A DNA stretch of 17,009 bases from Acinetobacter chinensis (GCF_002165375.2 NZ_CP032127.1:1-17009); one strand, 5' to 3'; shown: positions 1 through 8,948, counted from the stretch's first letter. The notes: generated by a model from the sequence alone, not told the origin. A program made the numbers and translations.

Positions 1-888
1 TTGGATAAGAATCAAATTGTTAAATCAAATCAAGTTATAGAAGCTTCCTATCAATTAAGTGCTGTAGAACAGCGTATCGTCTTGGCAGCTATTTCACGTA
101 TTCCGAAGAGCCAGCCTATTACTGATGATGAGTTATACCCTGTAAGCGTTAGTGAACTACAGCTATTAGGAGTACATGAAAAAACCGCATACAGAGACTT
201 AAAAGAAGGTATTAATAGACTTTATGAAAGATCTATTAATCTTAGTATTGATGATAAATCTATAAAAATGAGGTGGGTACAAGAGATCCAGTTTTTGGAT
301 AGTCAAAGTATCATTGGTATTCGTTTTTCAAAACCTATCTTGCCCTTCATATCTAATTTAAGTAGAGAATTTACTAAGTATGCTCTATCAGATATTGCTG
401 GGATCAATAGTGGATATGGTATTCGTATTTATGAATTATTGGTGCAATACAGACAAATAGGTAAGCGTGAAATCTCTGTTGAGAGCTTACGAAGCATGTT
501 GGAGCTTGGCAAAAAATACCCACTATTTGCAGATTTCAAAAAACGGGTAATTGATACTGCTGTAGACCAAATAAATGAATGCAGCCCATTAAGCGTTTCC
601 TATGAGCAGAAAAAAACTGGTCGTAAAGTCACCCATATTCTTTTTTCATTTAAAGAAAAATCAAAAAGCATTAATCAAAATAACGAACAAGATAAGGTTT
701 ATAAACTAACAGACGCTCAAATCAATATGTTTGGCAATCAGCTTTCTCGCTTACATGAGCTATCGCATTTAGCAGCTCAAGGAGAAAGCTATGATGTACT
801 GGCATCAAGAATAAAAGAAATGCTTAGAGATCCAATACAACAAAAGCAATTTATTCCTCATCTTAGGAATTTAGGTTTTAAAGGGTGA
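1..888 (+). CDS. rep: Rep_3-family plasmid replication initiator (RepB-like); may lack a few N-terminal codons at the window edge
   Basis: The 295-aa ORF has the N-terminal motif 'VKSNQVIEASYQLSAVEQRIVLAAISRI' typical of Rep_3 initiators of Acinetobacter plasmids. The ORF opens with TTG at base 1, so the true start may lie upstream. Confidence 0.85.
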   Translation: MDKNQIVKSNQVIEASYQLSAVEQRIVLAAISRIPKSQPITDDELYPVSVSELQLLGVHEKTAYRDLKEGINRLYERSINLSIDDKSIKMRWVQEIQFLDSQSIIGIRFSKPILPFISNLSREFTKYALSDIAGINSGYGIRIYELLVQYRQIGKREISVESLRSMLELGKKYPLFADFKKRVIDTAVDQINECSPLSVSYEQKKTGRKVTHILFSFKEKSKSINQNNEQDKVYKLTDAQINMFGNQLSRLHELSHLAAQGESYDVLASRIKEMLRDPIQQKQFIPHLRNLGFKG

Positions 889-964
889 GGTTTGATTGTG
901 TATGTAGCGGTTGACTGTTTCTTAATGTATCTTAGTTCACATAATAGACAACCTAAATTACAAC

Positions 965-1522
965 ATGAAATCACTATCTGTTATCGAACTTTCAAACCTC
1001 TATGGAATGACTCGTCAAGCCGTTTATAAACAAATAAATAAAGGTAATTTAAGTAAGAATAGCGATGGTAAAATTGATCTTTCTGAAGCTATTCGAGTCT
1101 TTGGTGAACCATCTAAACATGTGAACAGTTCACAGACAACCGAAACACGAAAGTTGTCAGAAGTTCACCTGCTTGAACAACAGGTTCACATGCTTCAAAA
1201 ACAGCTAGAACAGGCTCATGACCGTGAGAAATTTCAACGAGATGAATTAAAAGCTAAGAATGATCAGTTACATGTTAAGGACGAACAAATTGAGGCAATG
1301 CAACGTCTATTAGAAGCCCCAAAAACCAATATGACTACGTTTACCGATCAGAAACCTAGCCAGAATATAGCAACGGATCCTCGGCCAGAACCTGAGCTGA
1401 AACATGACGGATTGACTACTCTGGAGCAGACTGAAAATAAGCGTATTCCAGTGCCGGAACATGTTGAACTGGAGCAGCCGAAAAGAGGATGGTTAAGCCG
1501 GTTTTTCTTACCGAATGGCTAA
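965..1522 (+). CDS. Helix-turn-helix DNA-binding protein with coiled-coil region, of the kind found downstream of rep in Rep_3 plasmids
   Basis: The 185-aa ORF has an N-terminal HTH ('LSNLYGMTRQAVYKQINKGNL') followed by a Q/E/K-rich heptad-like stretch. It is on the same strand as rep, 76 nt downstream. Confidence 0.6.
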   Translation: MKSLSVIELSNLYGMTRQAVYKQINKGNLSKNSDGKIDLSEAIRVFGEPSKHVNSSQTTETRKLSEVHLLEQQVHMLQKQLEQAHDREKFQRDELKAKNDQLHVKDEQIEAMQRLLEAPKTNMTTFTDQKPSQNIATDPRPEPELKHDGLTTLEQTENKRIPVPEHVELEQPKRGWLSRFFLPNG

Positions 1523-1672
1523 GGGCATTATTCAAGTGAGCTAATCAAAGTTGTGAAACATTGATCAAAGAATAGGCGTGGAACGTGAAAAATCATAAAA
1601 AAAGCCCACCTTGGGGAAGATGAGCTATCAACTAGAAACTACAGCATTGATTTCTAAAGATAATTATAACGC

Positions 1673-1700
1673 ATTTCGTATAAGGTGTATTATGTTAATT
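1673..1700. other. pdif site (XerC-XerD orientation): ATTTCGTATAA-GGTGTA-TTATGTTAATT
   Basis: This is a 28-bp 11-6-11 site matching the plasmid dif-like XerC/XerD consensus of Acinetobacter plasmids. It forms the left boundary of the msr(E)-mph(E) module. Confidence 0.85.
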
Positions 1701-1995
1701 TTAGAAAATCTTCACTACTATTATTTTAAAATAAGCCTTATATCCAAGCATAAAACAAGGTTGTCTAGACTTCTTTTAACAGTAAAGTTATCATAAAACT
1801 GAATTTTATTTTTTAGGTAAGTTTATGCATTCTATCCGCATTCGTTAAGACACAACTATTTGCATAGTGACACTATTTTATAATGGTGGGCTTTTGTTGT
1901 GTCTTTAAGAATATATGCGGATATATAAAGTAAAAGTATGCTTAATTTATAAGTATGCTTTTAGTGCATAGTTTCCAGTTATAACTTAATTGACT

Positions 1996-2034
1996 AGCTA
2001 TTTGTCCACCCTGTGGATGAATAGCTTTTTTTTT
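1996..2034 (+). terminator. Rho-independent terminator or attenuator hairpin upstream of msr(E)
   Basis: The stem is AGCTATT-TG-TCCAC / GTGGA-TG-AATAGCT with a CCT loop, followed by a run of nine T (2026-2034). Confidence 0.6.
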
Positions 2035-2123
2035 GGGAGGACACTGTGATGCTAGCTTTTGTTTTCACCTAAATCCTGTTTGCTGCATAAAAAATTTCAA
2101 GAGCTAAACAGGAGTAAATAAAA
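2035..2123 (+). promoter_or_regulatory. Candidate msr(E) leader: SD plus 7-codon mini-ORF (MLAFVFT, 2049-2072) followed by a hairpin that sequesters the msr(E) SD
   Basis: GGGAGG (2035-2040) lies 8 nt before ATG 2049, and the mini-ORF stops at TAA 2070-2072. CCTGTTTGCT (2075-2084) pairs with AGC(T)AAACAGG (2102-2112), which overlaps the msr(E) SD AGGAG (2110-2114). Confidence 0.4.
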
Positions 2124-3599
2124 ATGAGTTTAATTATTAAAGCGAGAAACATACGCTTGGATTATGCTGGGCGTGATGTTTTGGATATTGATGAATTGGA
2201 AATTCACTCTTATGACCGTATTGGTCTTGTGGGTGATAACGGAGCAGGAAAGAGTAGTTTACTCAAAGTACTTAATGGCGAAATTGTTTTAGCCGAAGCG
2301 ACATTACAGCGTTTTGGTGATTTTGCACATATCAGCCAACTGGGCGGAATCGAAATAGAAACGGTCGAAGACCGGGCAATGTTATCTCGCCTTGGTGTTT
2401 CCAATGTACAAAACGACACAATGAGTGGCGGAGAGGAAACTCGTGCAAAAATTGCTGCCGCATTTTCCCAACAAGTACATGGCATTCTAGCGGATGAACC
2501 AACCAGCCACCTTGATCTCAATGGAATAGATCTACTTATTGGTCAACTTAAAGCATTTGATGGAGCATTACTTGTTATCAGTCATGACCGATATTTTCTT
2601 GATATGGTTGTAGACAAGATATGGGAGTTAAAAGACGGTAAAATTACGGAATATTGGGGTGGTTACTCGGATTACTTGCGTCAAAAAGAAGAAGAGCGAC
2701 AACACCAAGCCGTAGAATATGAGCTGATGATGAAGGAACGGGAGCGATTAGAATCTGCTGTGCAAGAAAAACGCCAGCAAGCTAATCGATTAGACAATAA
2801 GAAAAAAGGAGAAAAATCCAAAAACTCTACCGAAAGTGCTGGACGACTTGGGCATGCAAAAATGACTGGCACCAAGCAAAGAAAACTGTATCAGGCAGCT
2901 AAGAGTATGGAAAAGCGTTTGGCTGCATTAGAAGATATTCAAGCACCAGAGCATTTGCGTTCTATTCGTTTTCGTCAAAGTTCAGCCCTAGAACTGCACA
3001 ATAAGTTCCCGATTACGGCAGATGGTCTGAGCTTAAAATTTGGTAGCCGTACTATCTTTGATGACGCTAACTTTATAATACCGCTTGGCGCTAAAGTCGC
3101 TATAACTGGATCGAATGGAACAGGGAAAACGTCCTTGTTAAAAATGATATCAGAACGTGCTGATGGATTAACCATATCTCCAAAAGCTGAAATTGGCTAC
3201 TTTACACAAACAGGATATAAATTTAACACGCATAAATCTGTGCTCTCCTTTATGCAGGAAGAGTGCGAGTACACAGTTGCGGAAATTCGTGCAGTATTGG
3301 CTTCAATGGGGATCGGAGCGAATGATATTCAAAAAAACTTATCCGACTTATCGGGAGGTGAAATCATCAAACTGCTTTTATCCAAAATGCTTTTAGGAAA
3401 ATATAATATTTTGCTTATGGATGAACCAGGAAACTATCTTGACCTAAAAAGTATTGCCGCATTAGAAACAATGATGAAGTCCTATGCAGGAACTATTATC
3501 TTCGTATCTCATGACAAGCAATTGGTCGATAATATTGCTGACATTATCTACGAGATCAAAGACCACAAAATCATCAAGACTTTTGAGAGAGATTGTTAA
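2124..3599 (+). CDS. msr(E): Msr(E) ABC-F ribosomal-protection protein (macrolide/streptogramin B resistance)
   Basis: The 491-aa protein has two ABC ATPase domains: Walker A 'GDNGAGKS' and 'GSNGTGKT', and signatures 'MSGGE' and 'LSGGE'. These are joined by a charged linker with no TM domain. I recognise the sequence as Msr(E). An AGGAG SD lies 9 nt upstream. Confidence 0.95.
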   Translation: MSLIIKARNIRLDYAGRDVLDIDELEIHSYDRIGLVGDNGAGKSSLLKVLNGEIVLAEATLQRFGDFAHISQLGGIEIETVEDRAMLSRLGVSNVQNDTMSGGEETRAKIAAAFSQQVHGILADEPTSHLDLNGIDLLIGQLKAFDGALLVISHDRYFLDMVVDKIWELKDGKITEYWGGYSDYLRQKEEERQHQAVEYELMMKERERLESAVQEKRQQANRLDNKKKGEKSKNSTESAGRLGHAKMTGTKQRKLYQAAKSMEKRLAALEDIQAPEHLRSIRFRQSSALELHNKFPITADGLSLKFGSRTIFDDANFIIPLGAKVAITGSNGTGKTSLLKMISERADGLTISPKAEIGYFTQTGYKFNTHKSVLSFMQEECEYTVAEIRAVLASMGIGANDIQKNLSDLSGGEIIKLLLSKMLLGKYNILLMDEPGNYLDLKSIAALETMMKSYAGTIIFVSHDKQLVDNIADIIYEIKDHKIIKTFERDC

Positions 3600-3654
3600 T
3601 GATAGCCAATCTAATCCGAACATTAATTATTGAACTCTTTAAAGGAAATTAAAA

Positions 3655-4539
3655 ATGACAATTCAAGATATTCAATCACTTGCTGAAGCACACGGCTTGT
3701 TGCTTACGGACAAAATGAATTTCAATGAAATGGGCATTGATTTTAAGGTCGTTTTTGCTCTTGATACAAAGGGGCAACAATGGTTGCTGCGTATTCCTCG
3801 TCGTGATGGCATGAGGGAACAAATCAAGAAAGAAAAACGCATTTTAGAATTGGTAAAAAAACATCTTTCTGTAGAGGTTCCTGATTGGAGAATTTCATCT
3901 ACAGAATTAGTGGCTTATCCCATACTTAAAGATAATCCTGTTTTAAATTTGGATGCTGAAACCTATGAAATAATTTGGAATATGGACAAAGATAGCCCGA
4001 AATACATAACATCTTTGGCAAAAACCTTATTTGAAATCCATAGTATTCCTGAAAAAGAAGTTCGGGAAAATGATTTGAAAATTATGAAACCTTCAGATTT
4101 AAGACCTGAAATAGCAAACAATTTGCAGTTAGTAAAATCTGAAATTGGTATAAGTGAGCAATTGGAAACCCGCTACAGAAAATGGTTGGATAATGATGTT
4201 CTATGGGCAGATTTCACCCAATTTATACATGGCGATTTATATGCTGGGCATGTACTAGCTTCAAAGGATGGAGCTGTTTCAGGCGTTATTGATTGGTCAA
4301 CAGCCCATATAGATGACCCAGCGATTGATTTTGCTGGGCATGTAACTTTGTTTGGAGAAGAAAGCCTCAAAACTCTAATCATCGAGTATGAAAAACTAGG
4401 GGGTAAAGTTTGGAATAAACTATATGAACAGACTTTAGAAAGAGCAGCGGCCTCTCCTTTGATGTATGGTTTATTTGCCTTAGAAACTCAAAATGAAAGC
4501 CTTATCGTTGGAGCAAAAGCTCAGTTGGGAGTTATATAA
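3655..4539 (+). CDS. mph(E): Mph(E) macrolide 2'-phosphotransferase
   Basis: The 294-aa protein has an APH-type kinase fold ('HGDLYAGHVL', 'GVIDWSTAHIDDPAIDF'). It lies immediately downstream of msr(E), as in the known msr(E)-mph(E) pair. Confidence 0.95.
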   Translation: MTIQDIQSLAEAHGLLLTDKMNFNEMGIDFKVVFALDTKGQQWLLRIPRRDGMREQIKKEKRILELVKKHLSVEVPDWRISSTELVAYPILKDNPVLNLDAETYEIIWNMDKDSPKYITSLAKTLFEIHSIPEKEVRENDLKIMKPSDLRPEIANNLQLVKSEIGISEQLETRYRKWLDNDVLWADFTQFIHGDLYAGHVLASKDGAVSGVIDWSTAHIDDPAIDFAGHVTLFGEESLKTLIIEYEKLGGKVWNKLYEQTLERAAASPLMYGLFALETQNESLIVGAKAQLGVI

Positions 4540-4618
4540 TTTAAAAATATGATTGCTGAGAACTGCCTTGTTTTGAAACTTGGTTGGCTTTAATTAGTTT
4601 TTAGTATTCTTTATAGAA

Positions 4619-4643
4619 AATGCCTCGATCAAGGGGCATTTCT
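4619..4643 (+). terminator. Possible weak terminator after mph(E)
   Basis: The hairpin AATGCCTC-GATCAA-GGGGCATT is followed by only a short T-containing tail (TTCT). Confidence 0.35.
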
Positions 4644-4650
4644 AACAATC

Positions 4651-4678
4651 ATTTAACATAAAATTTCTTATGTGAAGT
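4651..4678. other. pdif site (XerD-XerC orientation): ATTTAACATAA-AATTTC-TTATGTGAAGT
   Basis: An 11-6-11 site inverted relative to the site at 1673. It forms the right boundary of the msr(E)-mph(E) module. Confidence 0.85.
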
Positions 4679-4684
4679 AACCTG

Positions 4685-6176
4685 TGTAAGCCCCAAGTAG
4701 AAATGTCCGGTTTCTCCAAAGTAAAAATGTCCGCTTTTAGAATATGCACTTTTGCAATTTTCTTAGCGGACGGTTTGATATGTTGGTGTCTATGTCGGAT
4801 AAAGAACTTAAACGATTGTCGGTCTTGCAAGAAATCTGTGATCAACGCATAACCCAGTCCCAAGCTGCTCAGCTACTTCATATTTCAGAACGTCAGATCA
4901 GACGTTTATTGCAAAAATACAAAGCTCAAGGCCCAGCTGCATTAGCACATGCTGCACGTGGCCAAATCAGCAATTCCAGGCTTCCTGAAGAGCTCAGACT
5001 CAAGTGCCTCAATATTGTTTCGGATCAACTGCATGGTTTCGGACCCACTTTAGCGCATGAAAAGCTCACCACTGTTCATGGATTCGATATTTCAGTGGAA
5101 ACACTGCGTTCCTGGATGATTGCAGCCGATCTGTGGATTCCTCGCGCCAAGCGCCTGAAACGCCCGTATCAGCCTCGTTATAACCGAGATTGTTATGGTG
5201 AACTGATTCAAATCGATGGCTCACACCATGACTGGTTTGAAGGACGCGCTGCTAAGTGCTGTCTGCTGGTATTTATCGATGATGCCACAGGAAAATTACA
5301 GCATTTACGTTTCTGTGAGTCGGAATCAGCATTTGACTATATGATTTCAACACGTTTGTATGTTGAGCAGCATGGTAAGCCGTTGGCGTTTTACAGTGAT
5401 AAACATTCAGTCTTCAGGGTGAATCAAAGCAGCAAGAAAGACACCAAGATTACCCAGTTTGGACGCGTACTCAGTACCCTCAATATCGATATCATCTTCG
5501 CCAATTCACCACAAGCCAAAGGCCGTGTAGAACGGGCGAATAGAACGCTTCAGGACCGTCTGATTAAAGAAATGCGCCTGGAAGGCATCTATTCGATTGA
5601 GCAAGCGAATGCCTGGCTGCCCTGCTTTATCGAGCAATTTAATCGTAAATTTGCCAATATGGCCTTTAATCCCAAGGATCTACACCGGACTGTCACTGAA
5701 ACAGCCGAAGAATTAGATGATGTTTTTACCTGGCGTGAACCCCGCAGAGTCACGAACAGCCTGACGATTACTTATGATAAATGCGTATATTTACTGGAAA
5801 ATACCGAAGAAAATAAAAGGTTGATCGGCAAGTATCTTGAGTTTCTGGAATACCCGGATGGCACGGTAGCCATTGAACATCAAGGAAGAAAAATCAATTA
5901 CAGCATCTTCGATAAATTAAGTCAGCTCAACCAGCGAGAGGTTGTTGAGAATAAACGTTTAGGTGCTGTTCTCAATCATATTCAACAACAGCACGAAGAA
6001 TTAGAACAGCAAAACAAACGCAATCGTTCTCAAAAGATGCCGAGCAGACGTGCACAGAAAACAGTAATCAAAGAACGAAATCTGAATCCTGTGCTTGACT
6101 TGGAAGTGTCTGTATAGGACATTTCTATTTGGTTATTAGGTAGGACATTTCTACTTAGGAATAACAAACCTGAATG
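4685..6176 (+). mobile_element. Insertion sequence, IS1202-group (ISNCY-type), with 24-bp imperfect IRs and a 6-bp target duplication
   Basis: IRL is TGTAAGCCCCAAGTAGAAATGTCC (4685-4708). The reverse complement of IRR (6153-6176) is TGTTATTCCTAAGTAGAAATGTCC, giving 20/24 identity. A second subterminal (A/T)A(A/G)AAATGTCC copy sits at each end. A direct repeat AACCTG lies at 4679-4684 and 6177-6182. Confidence 0.8.
4792..6117 (+). CDS. DDE transposase of the IS1202-group element (N-terminal HTH plus integrase-core domain)
   Basis: The ORF is open from ATG 4744, with alternative ATGs at 4780 and 4792. I prefer 'MSDKELKRLSVLQEI...' by resemblance to related transposases. It has an HTH ('ITQSQAAQLLHISERQIRRLL') and an rve-like core ('IQIDGSHHDWF...FIDDATG...YSDKHSVF'). 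Confidence 0.8.
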   Translation: MSDKELKRLSVLQEICDQRITQSQAAQLLHISERQIRRLLQKYKAQGPAALAHAARGQISNSRLPEELRLKCLNIVSDQLHGFGPTLAHEKLTTVHGFDISVETLRSWMIAADLWIPRAKRLKRPYQPRYNRDCYGELIQIDGSHHDWFEGRAAKCCLLVFIDDATGKLQHLRFCESESAFDYMISTRLYVEQHGKPLAFYSDKHSVFRVNQSSKKDTKITQFGRVLSTLNIDIIFANSPQAKGRVERANRTLQDRLIKEMRLEGIYSIEQANAWLPCFIEQFNRKFANMAFNPKDLHRTVTETAEELDDVFTWREPRRVTNSLTITYDKCVYLLENTEENKRLIGKYLEFLEYPDGTVAIEHQGRKINYSIFDKLSQLNQREVVENKRLGAVLNHIQQQHEELEQQNKRNRSQKMPSRRAQKTVIKERNLNPVLDLEVSV

Positions 6177-6216
6177 CAGCGGTGCCCCATTGGGGGCGCG
6201 TTGAGATAAGCCTCTT

Positions 6217-6828
6217 TTAGATAACTTTAGCAACTCGATAGACAGTTGCAACTCCACAATTCACTGCTTTGGCAATTTCTTCCTTAGTCATATTGCCAAC
6301 TACTAGCAATTCTTTTATTCGTTTATGTTTAGCCTCATTTGCCTTCTTGCCTGTTGGTTTGTAACCCGAACGTGCCAGGCCCTGCTTAATACGTTCTATA
6401 CGTTTCTCATTGTCTAGGCGGGCCATTGTTGCCAGAAGATCAATCAACATATTGTTGATGAGTTCCAAGATTGAATGAGTAATGCTGTCACTGGTTTGAA
6501 TCATTTGGTAGGTAGTAGGAAGATCTGCTACGACTAAACGAAGTCCCTTCTCCTGGATCCTGCGCTTCAGCTCTTGAAAATCTCGTTGGGTTAGGCGTGA
6601 TAAGCGGTCAATACTTTCAACTAACAATGTGTCACCTTGATTTGCTTCTGACAGTAGCTTATTCAATTCAGGTCGGTCTAACTTCGTACCACTATAGTTT
6701 TCCACGTACACAATGGTTTCACCCAAATTCAAGTTTTGGTTTAGATCCTGAAGAATCTGCAAAGCCCTTTCTGCATCTTGATCTTTAGTTGAAGCTCGTA
6801 GATAAATACGTGTATTCATTTCTATCAT
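6217..6828 (-). CDS. Serine recombinase / resolvase-invertase family protein
   Basis: The N-terminus 'MNTRIYLRASTKDQ' carries the catalytic-Ser motif, followed by 'ESIDRLSR', and a C-terminal HTH ('EEIAKAVNCGVATVYRV'). The start may be ATG 6819 (MNTRIY...) rather than 6828. Confidence 0.85.
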   Translation of the reverse strand: MIEMNTRIYLRASTKDQDAERALQILQDLNQNLNLGETIVYVENYSGTKLDRPELNKLLSEANQGDTLLVESIDRLSRLTQRDFQELKRRIQEKGLRLVVADLPTTYQMIQTSDSITHSILELINNMLIDLLATMARLDNEKRIERIKQGLARSGYKPTGKKANEAKHKRIKELLVVGNMTKEEIAKAVNCGVATVYRVAKVI

Positions 6829-6925
6829 TTAATCTTAATTCTATTAGATTAATGATAATACTATCATTTAATTATTGCATTAAGTCTAATGATAGATATT
6901 GTATGCGATTTGGCTCGCTATCATT
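6823..6925. repeat. Five alternating copies of TATCATT/AATGATA upstream of the recombinase gene (candidate res or operator sites)
   Basis: TATCATT occurs at 6823, 6862 and 6919. AATGATA occurs at 6851 and 6888. The central AATGATA-ATAC-TATCATT (6851-6868) is an 18-bp palindrome. Confidence 0.45.
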
Positions 6926-6975
6926 CAGGTATAGTCTTTTGATAAAAAAAGCATGACTAAAAGCCATGCCTTGGG

Positions 6976-7003
6976 AATTCGTATAACGTGTATTATGTTA
7001 ATT
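6976..7003. other. pdif site (XerC-XerD orientation): AATTCGTATAA-CGTGTA-TTATGTTAATT
   Basis: An 11-6-11 site followed by the same TTTAGA flank as the site at 1673. It forms the left boundary of the tet(39) module. Confidence 0.85.
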
Positions 7004-7053
7004 TTAGATAAACTATAGAATCCATTAGTTTTTAAACCAATAAATTAAATATT

Positions 7054-8241
7054 TTATGGAACTCCAGAATATTTATTCAGGCGATACTTAAGCAATAAGG
7101 GTAGGGTGATTACATAAAGTATTGCAGCTAATGCCCATACCATTCCAGGAGCTGATGCCTGAGTCATAAAATAGAGGCTAGTAACTAATACAGGACCAAT
7201 TATAGCCCCCAGACTATTAAAACTGCTTAATAGCCCTTGTAATTCACCTTGTCTTTCATCACTAATACCTCTGGACATCATTGCTTGCAAAGCAGGAACG
7301 GCTACTCCACCAAGGGCAAACAATGGTAACAACGCAAAAGGCACCCATTCTTCAACAGCAATAGATAAAAGAAGTAAACCAATTGCATCGCAAGCTATTC
7401 CACATAACAACGTATTTTTCTCTCCAAACCTCTTTACCATAGGGGCGATAGCAAAAGCCTGTGCAATAGAATGGCATATTCCATAACTAGCAAGGGAAAC
7501 ACCTGCAATAAATATACTCCAGCCATAACGATCCTGCCCATAGATAACCCATAAAGTTGCGGGGACTTGTGAAACCAATGTGATAATTAAAAAGATACCA
7601 AGCAATGGAGCCATATTAGGTTGAGTGATCAAATAGGATAATTTCTTTAATATTGATTGCTCCTGAACCTTCTCAGTCATTTTATTGCTGTGTTTTGATT
7701 CTTTTAATAAGACTGCTGTCATTATTAAATTAATCCCATTCATAAAAGCAGCAGCAAAGAACGGTGCATGTAAGTTCCATTCACCCAAAACTCCACCTAT
7801 TACCGGACCCGCTATAAACCCAATACCAAAGACAGCTCCAAGGAGACCAAACCTTTTTGCACGCTCATGGGCTGGAGTAATATCTGAAACATAAGCTGTT
7901 GCAACAGCCATGTTGGCACCTGTAATTCCCGCAAAAATACGACCAATATATAGCCACAATAGAGAAGGAGCAGCAGCCATTAGGAGATAATCAGCCGTTG
8001 CACCAGCAATTGAAATAATTAATACAGGTCGACGTCCAAATCGGTCACTCAACGCTCCAAGGATAGGTGCAAAAATGAACTGCATCAGAGCATACACAGC
8101 TAATAAAGCACCATAGTGAACACCGCCTGCTTCAGCTCCAGCCAATGACCGTAATAATTCAGGCAAGATCGGCATAATTAAACCAATCCCAACAGCATCC
8201 AGAAATATAGTGATTAAAATCACGCTCAATGATTTCTTCAC
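7054..8241 (-). CDS. tetA(39): TetA(39) tetracycline efflux MFS transporter
   Basis: A 12-TM MFS protein with 'LDAVGIGLIMPILPELL' and 'LSDRFGRRPVL' motifs, divergent from a TetR gene across tetO operators. The GTG at 8241 gives a 395-aa product starting 'MKKSLSVILITIF'. The track's 8286 start would run through the operator region. Confidence 0.92.
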   Translation of the reverse strand: MKKSLSVILITIFLDAVGIGLIMPILPELLRSLAGAEAGGVHYGALLAVYALMQFIFAPILGALSDRFGRRPVLIISIAGATADYLLMAAAPSLLWLYIGRIFAGITGANMAVATAYVSDITPAHERAKRFGLLGAVFGIGFIAGPVIGGVLGEWNLHAPFFAAAFMNGINLIMTAVLLKESKHSNKMTEKVQEQSILKKLSYLITQPNMAPLLGIFLIITLVSQVPATLWVIYGQDRYGWSIFIAGVSLASYGICHSIAQAFAIAPMVKRFGEKNTLLCGIACDAIGLLLLSIAVEEWVPFALLPLFALGGVAVPALQAMMSRGISDERQGELQGLLSSFNSLGAIIGPVLVTSLYFMTQASAPGMVWALAAILYVITLPLLLKYRLNKYSGVP

Positions 8242-8249
8242 AAATGCCT

Positions 8250-8303
8250 TCTCTAGCAATGATAGAATTAATATTCTCTCACACACTCCCTATCAGTGAT
8301 AGA
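8250..8303. promoter_or_regulatory. Divergent tetA/tetR control region with two tetO-like operators
   Basis: TCCCTATCAGTGATAGA (8287-8303) is a near-consensus tetO palindrome. TCTCTAGCAATGATAGA (8250-8266) is a second, related palindrome. Confidence 0.75.
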
Positions 8304-8306
8304 TTT

Positions 8307-8948
8307 ATGAGTAAAAAAGATATTGCACCTCAACGTCTGACACGTGAAATAGTCCTGCGTACCGCATTGGATATGTTGAATGAAGAAGGCATAGATTCAA
8401 TAACCACACGCAAGCTAGCTCAACGATTGGGTATTAAATCTCCAACTCTATATTGGCATTTCAAGAATAAATCCTTGTTAATGGAAGCAATGGCGGAAAC
8501 CATTATAAATGAACACCATTTAGTTTCTTTACCCATCGATGGGATGACATGGCAAGATTGGTTGCTCGCTAATTCTGTAAGCTTTCGTCGAGCACTACTA
8601 GCTTACCGTGATGGTGCTCGTCTACATGCAAGAACTAGCCCCAGTCAAGGACATTTCAACACGATTGAGGCCCAAGTTGCGCTGTTATCTCATGCTGGGT
8701 TTTCTCCTGTTGAAGCAGTTGCATTACTTATGACATTAGGAAGGTTTATTGTTGGGTGGGTCCTTGAGGAGCAGCAAGAAGAAATAAGATCAGACCCACC
8801 ATTCGAAGCCGATCCAACTATATATCCACTCATGCTCCAAGGAGTGAATACCTTACAAAATATGAATGCGGATGACATTTTTGAAAATGGGATTCGTATG
8901 GTGATTATCGGTGCTGAAAGACAACTTGATATTAAAATGCAAACTTAA
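8307..8948 (+). CDS. tetR(39): TetR(39) tetracycline repressor
   Basis: A TetR-family HTH ('TTRKLAQRLGIKSPTLYWHFKNK'). ATG 8307 follows the operator directly, whereas the track's 8229 start would overlap tetA and the operators. Confidence 0.92.
   Translation: MSKKDIAPQRLTREIVLRTALDMLNEEGIDSITTRKLAQRLGIKSPTLYWHFKNKSLLMEAMAETIINEHHLVSLPIDGMTWQDWLLANSVSFRRALLAYRDGARLHARTSPSQGHFNTIEAQVALLSHAGFSPVEAVALLMTLGRFIVGWVLEEQQEEIRSDPPFEADPTIYPLMLQGVNTLQNMNADDIFENGIRMVIIGAERQLDIKMQT

Noticed and set aside
1611-1796. 61-aa ORF spanning the pdif site at 1673.
   Set aside because: It reads straight through a recombination site that joins unrelated DNA. It has low-complexity sequence, a TTG start and no SD.
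1600-1895. 11-nt inverted repeat AAAAGCCCACC (1600-1610) / GGTGGGCTTTT (1885-1895) flanking the first pdif site, resembling a split terminator.
   Set aside because: The arms are about 274 nt apart and lie on opposite sides of a recombination junction. Chance inverted 11-mers are expected several times in 17 kb.
2210-3396. Track ORFs inside msr(E): antisense at 2210-2521, 2681-2875 and 2975-3175, and alternate-frame at 3193-3396.
   Set aside because: They lie entirely within a confidently identified gene. Their compositions are odd (Ser/Arg/Pro/Cys-rich) and they lack RBS. They are typical shadow ORFs.
4173-4863. Antisense ORF in mph(E) (4173-4382) and the 73-aa ORF at 4642-4863 crossing the pdif site and the IS inverted repeat.
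   Set aside because: The first is a shadow frame of a known gene. The second spans three unrelated elements (pdif, target duplication, IS end), so it cannot be a conserved gene.
6030-6788. ORFs at 6030-6257 (minus strand) and 6597-6788 (plus strand).
   Set aside because: The first overlaps the transposase 3' end, the IS terminus and the resolvase 3' end. The second is antisense inside the resolvase gene. Neither has supporting signals.
8229-8306. Extended N-termini offered by the track for tetR (start 8229) and tetA (start 8286).
   Set aside because: Both extensions run through the tetO operators and overlap each other. The internal starts ATG 8307 and GTG 8241 give canonical TetR and TetA N-termini.
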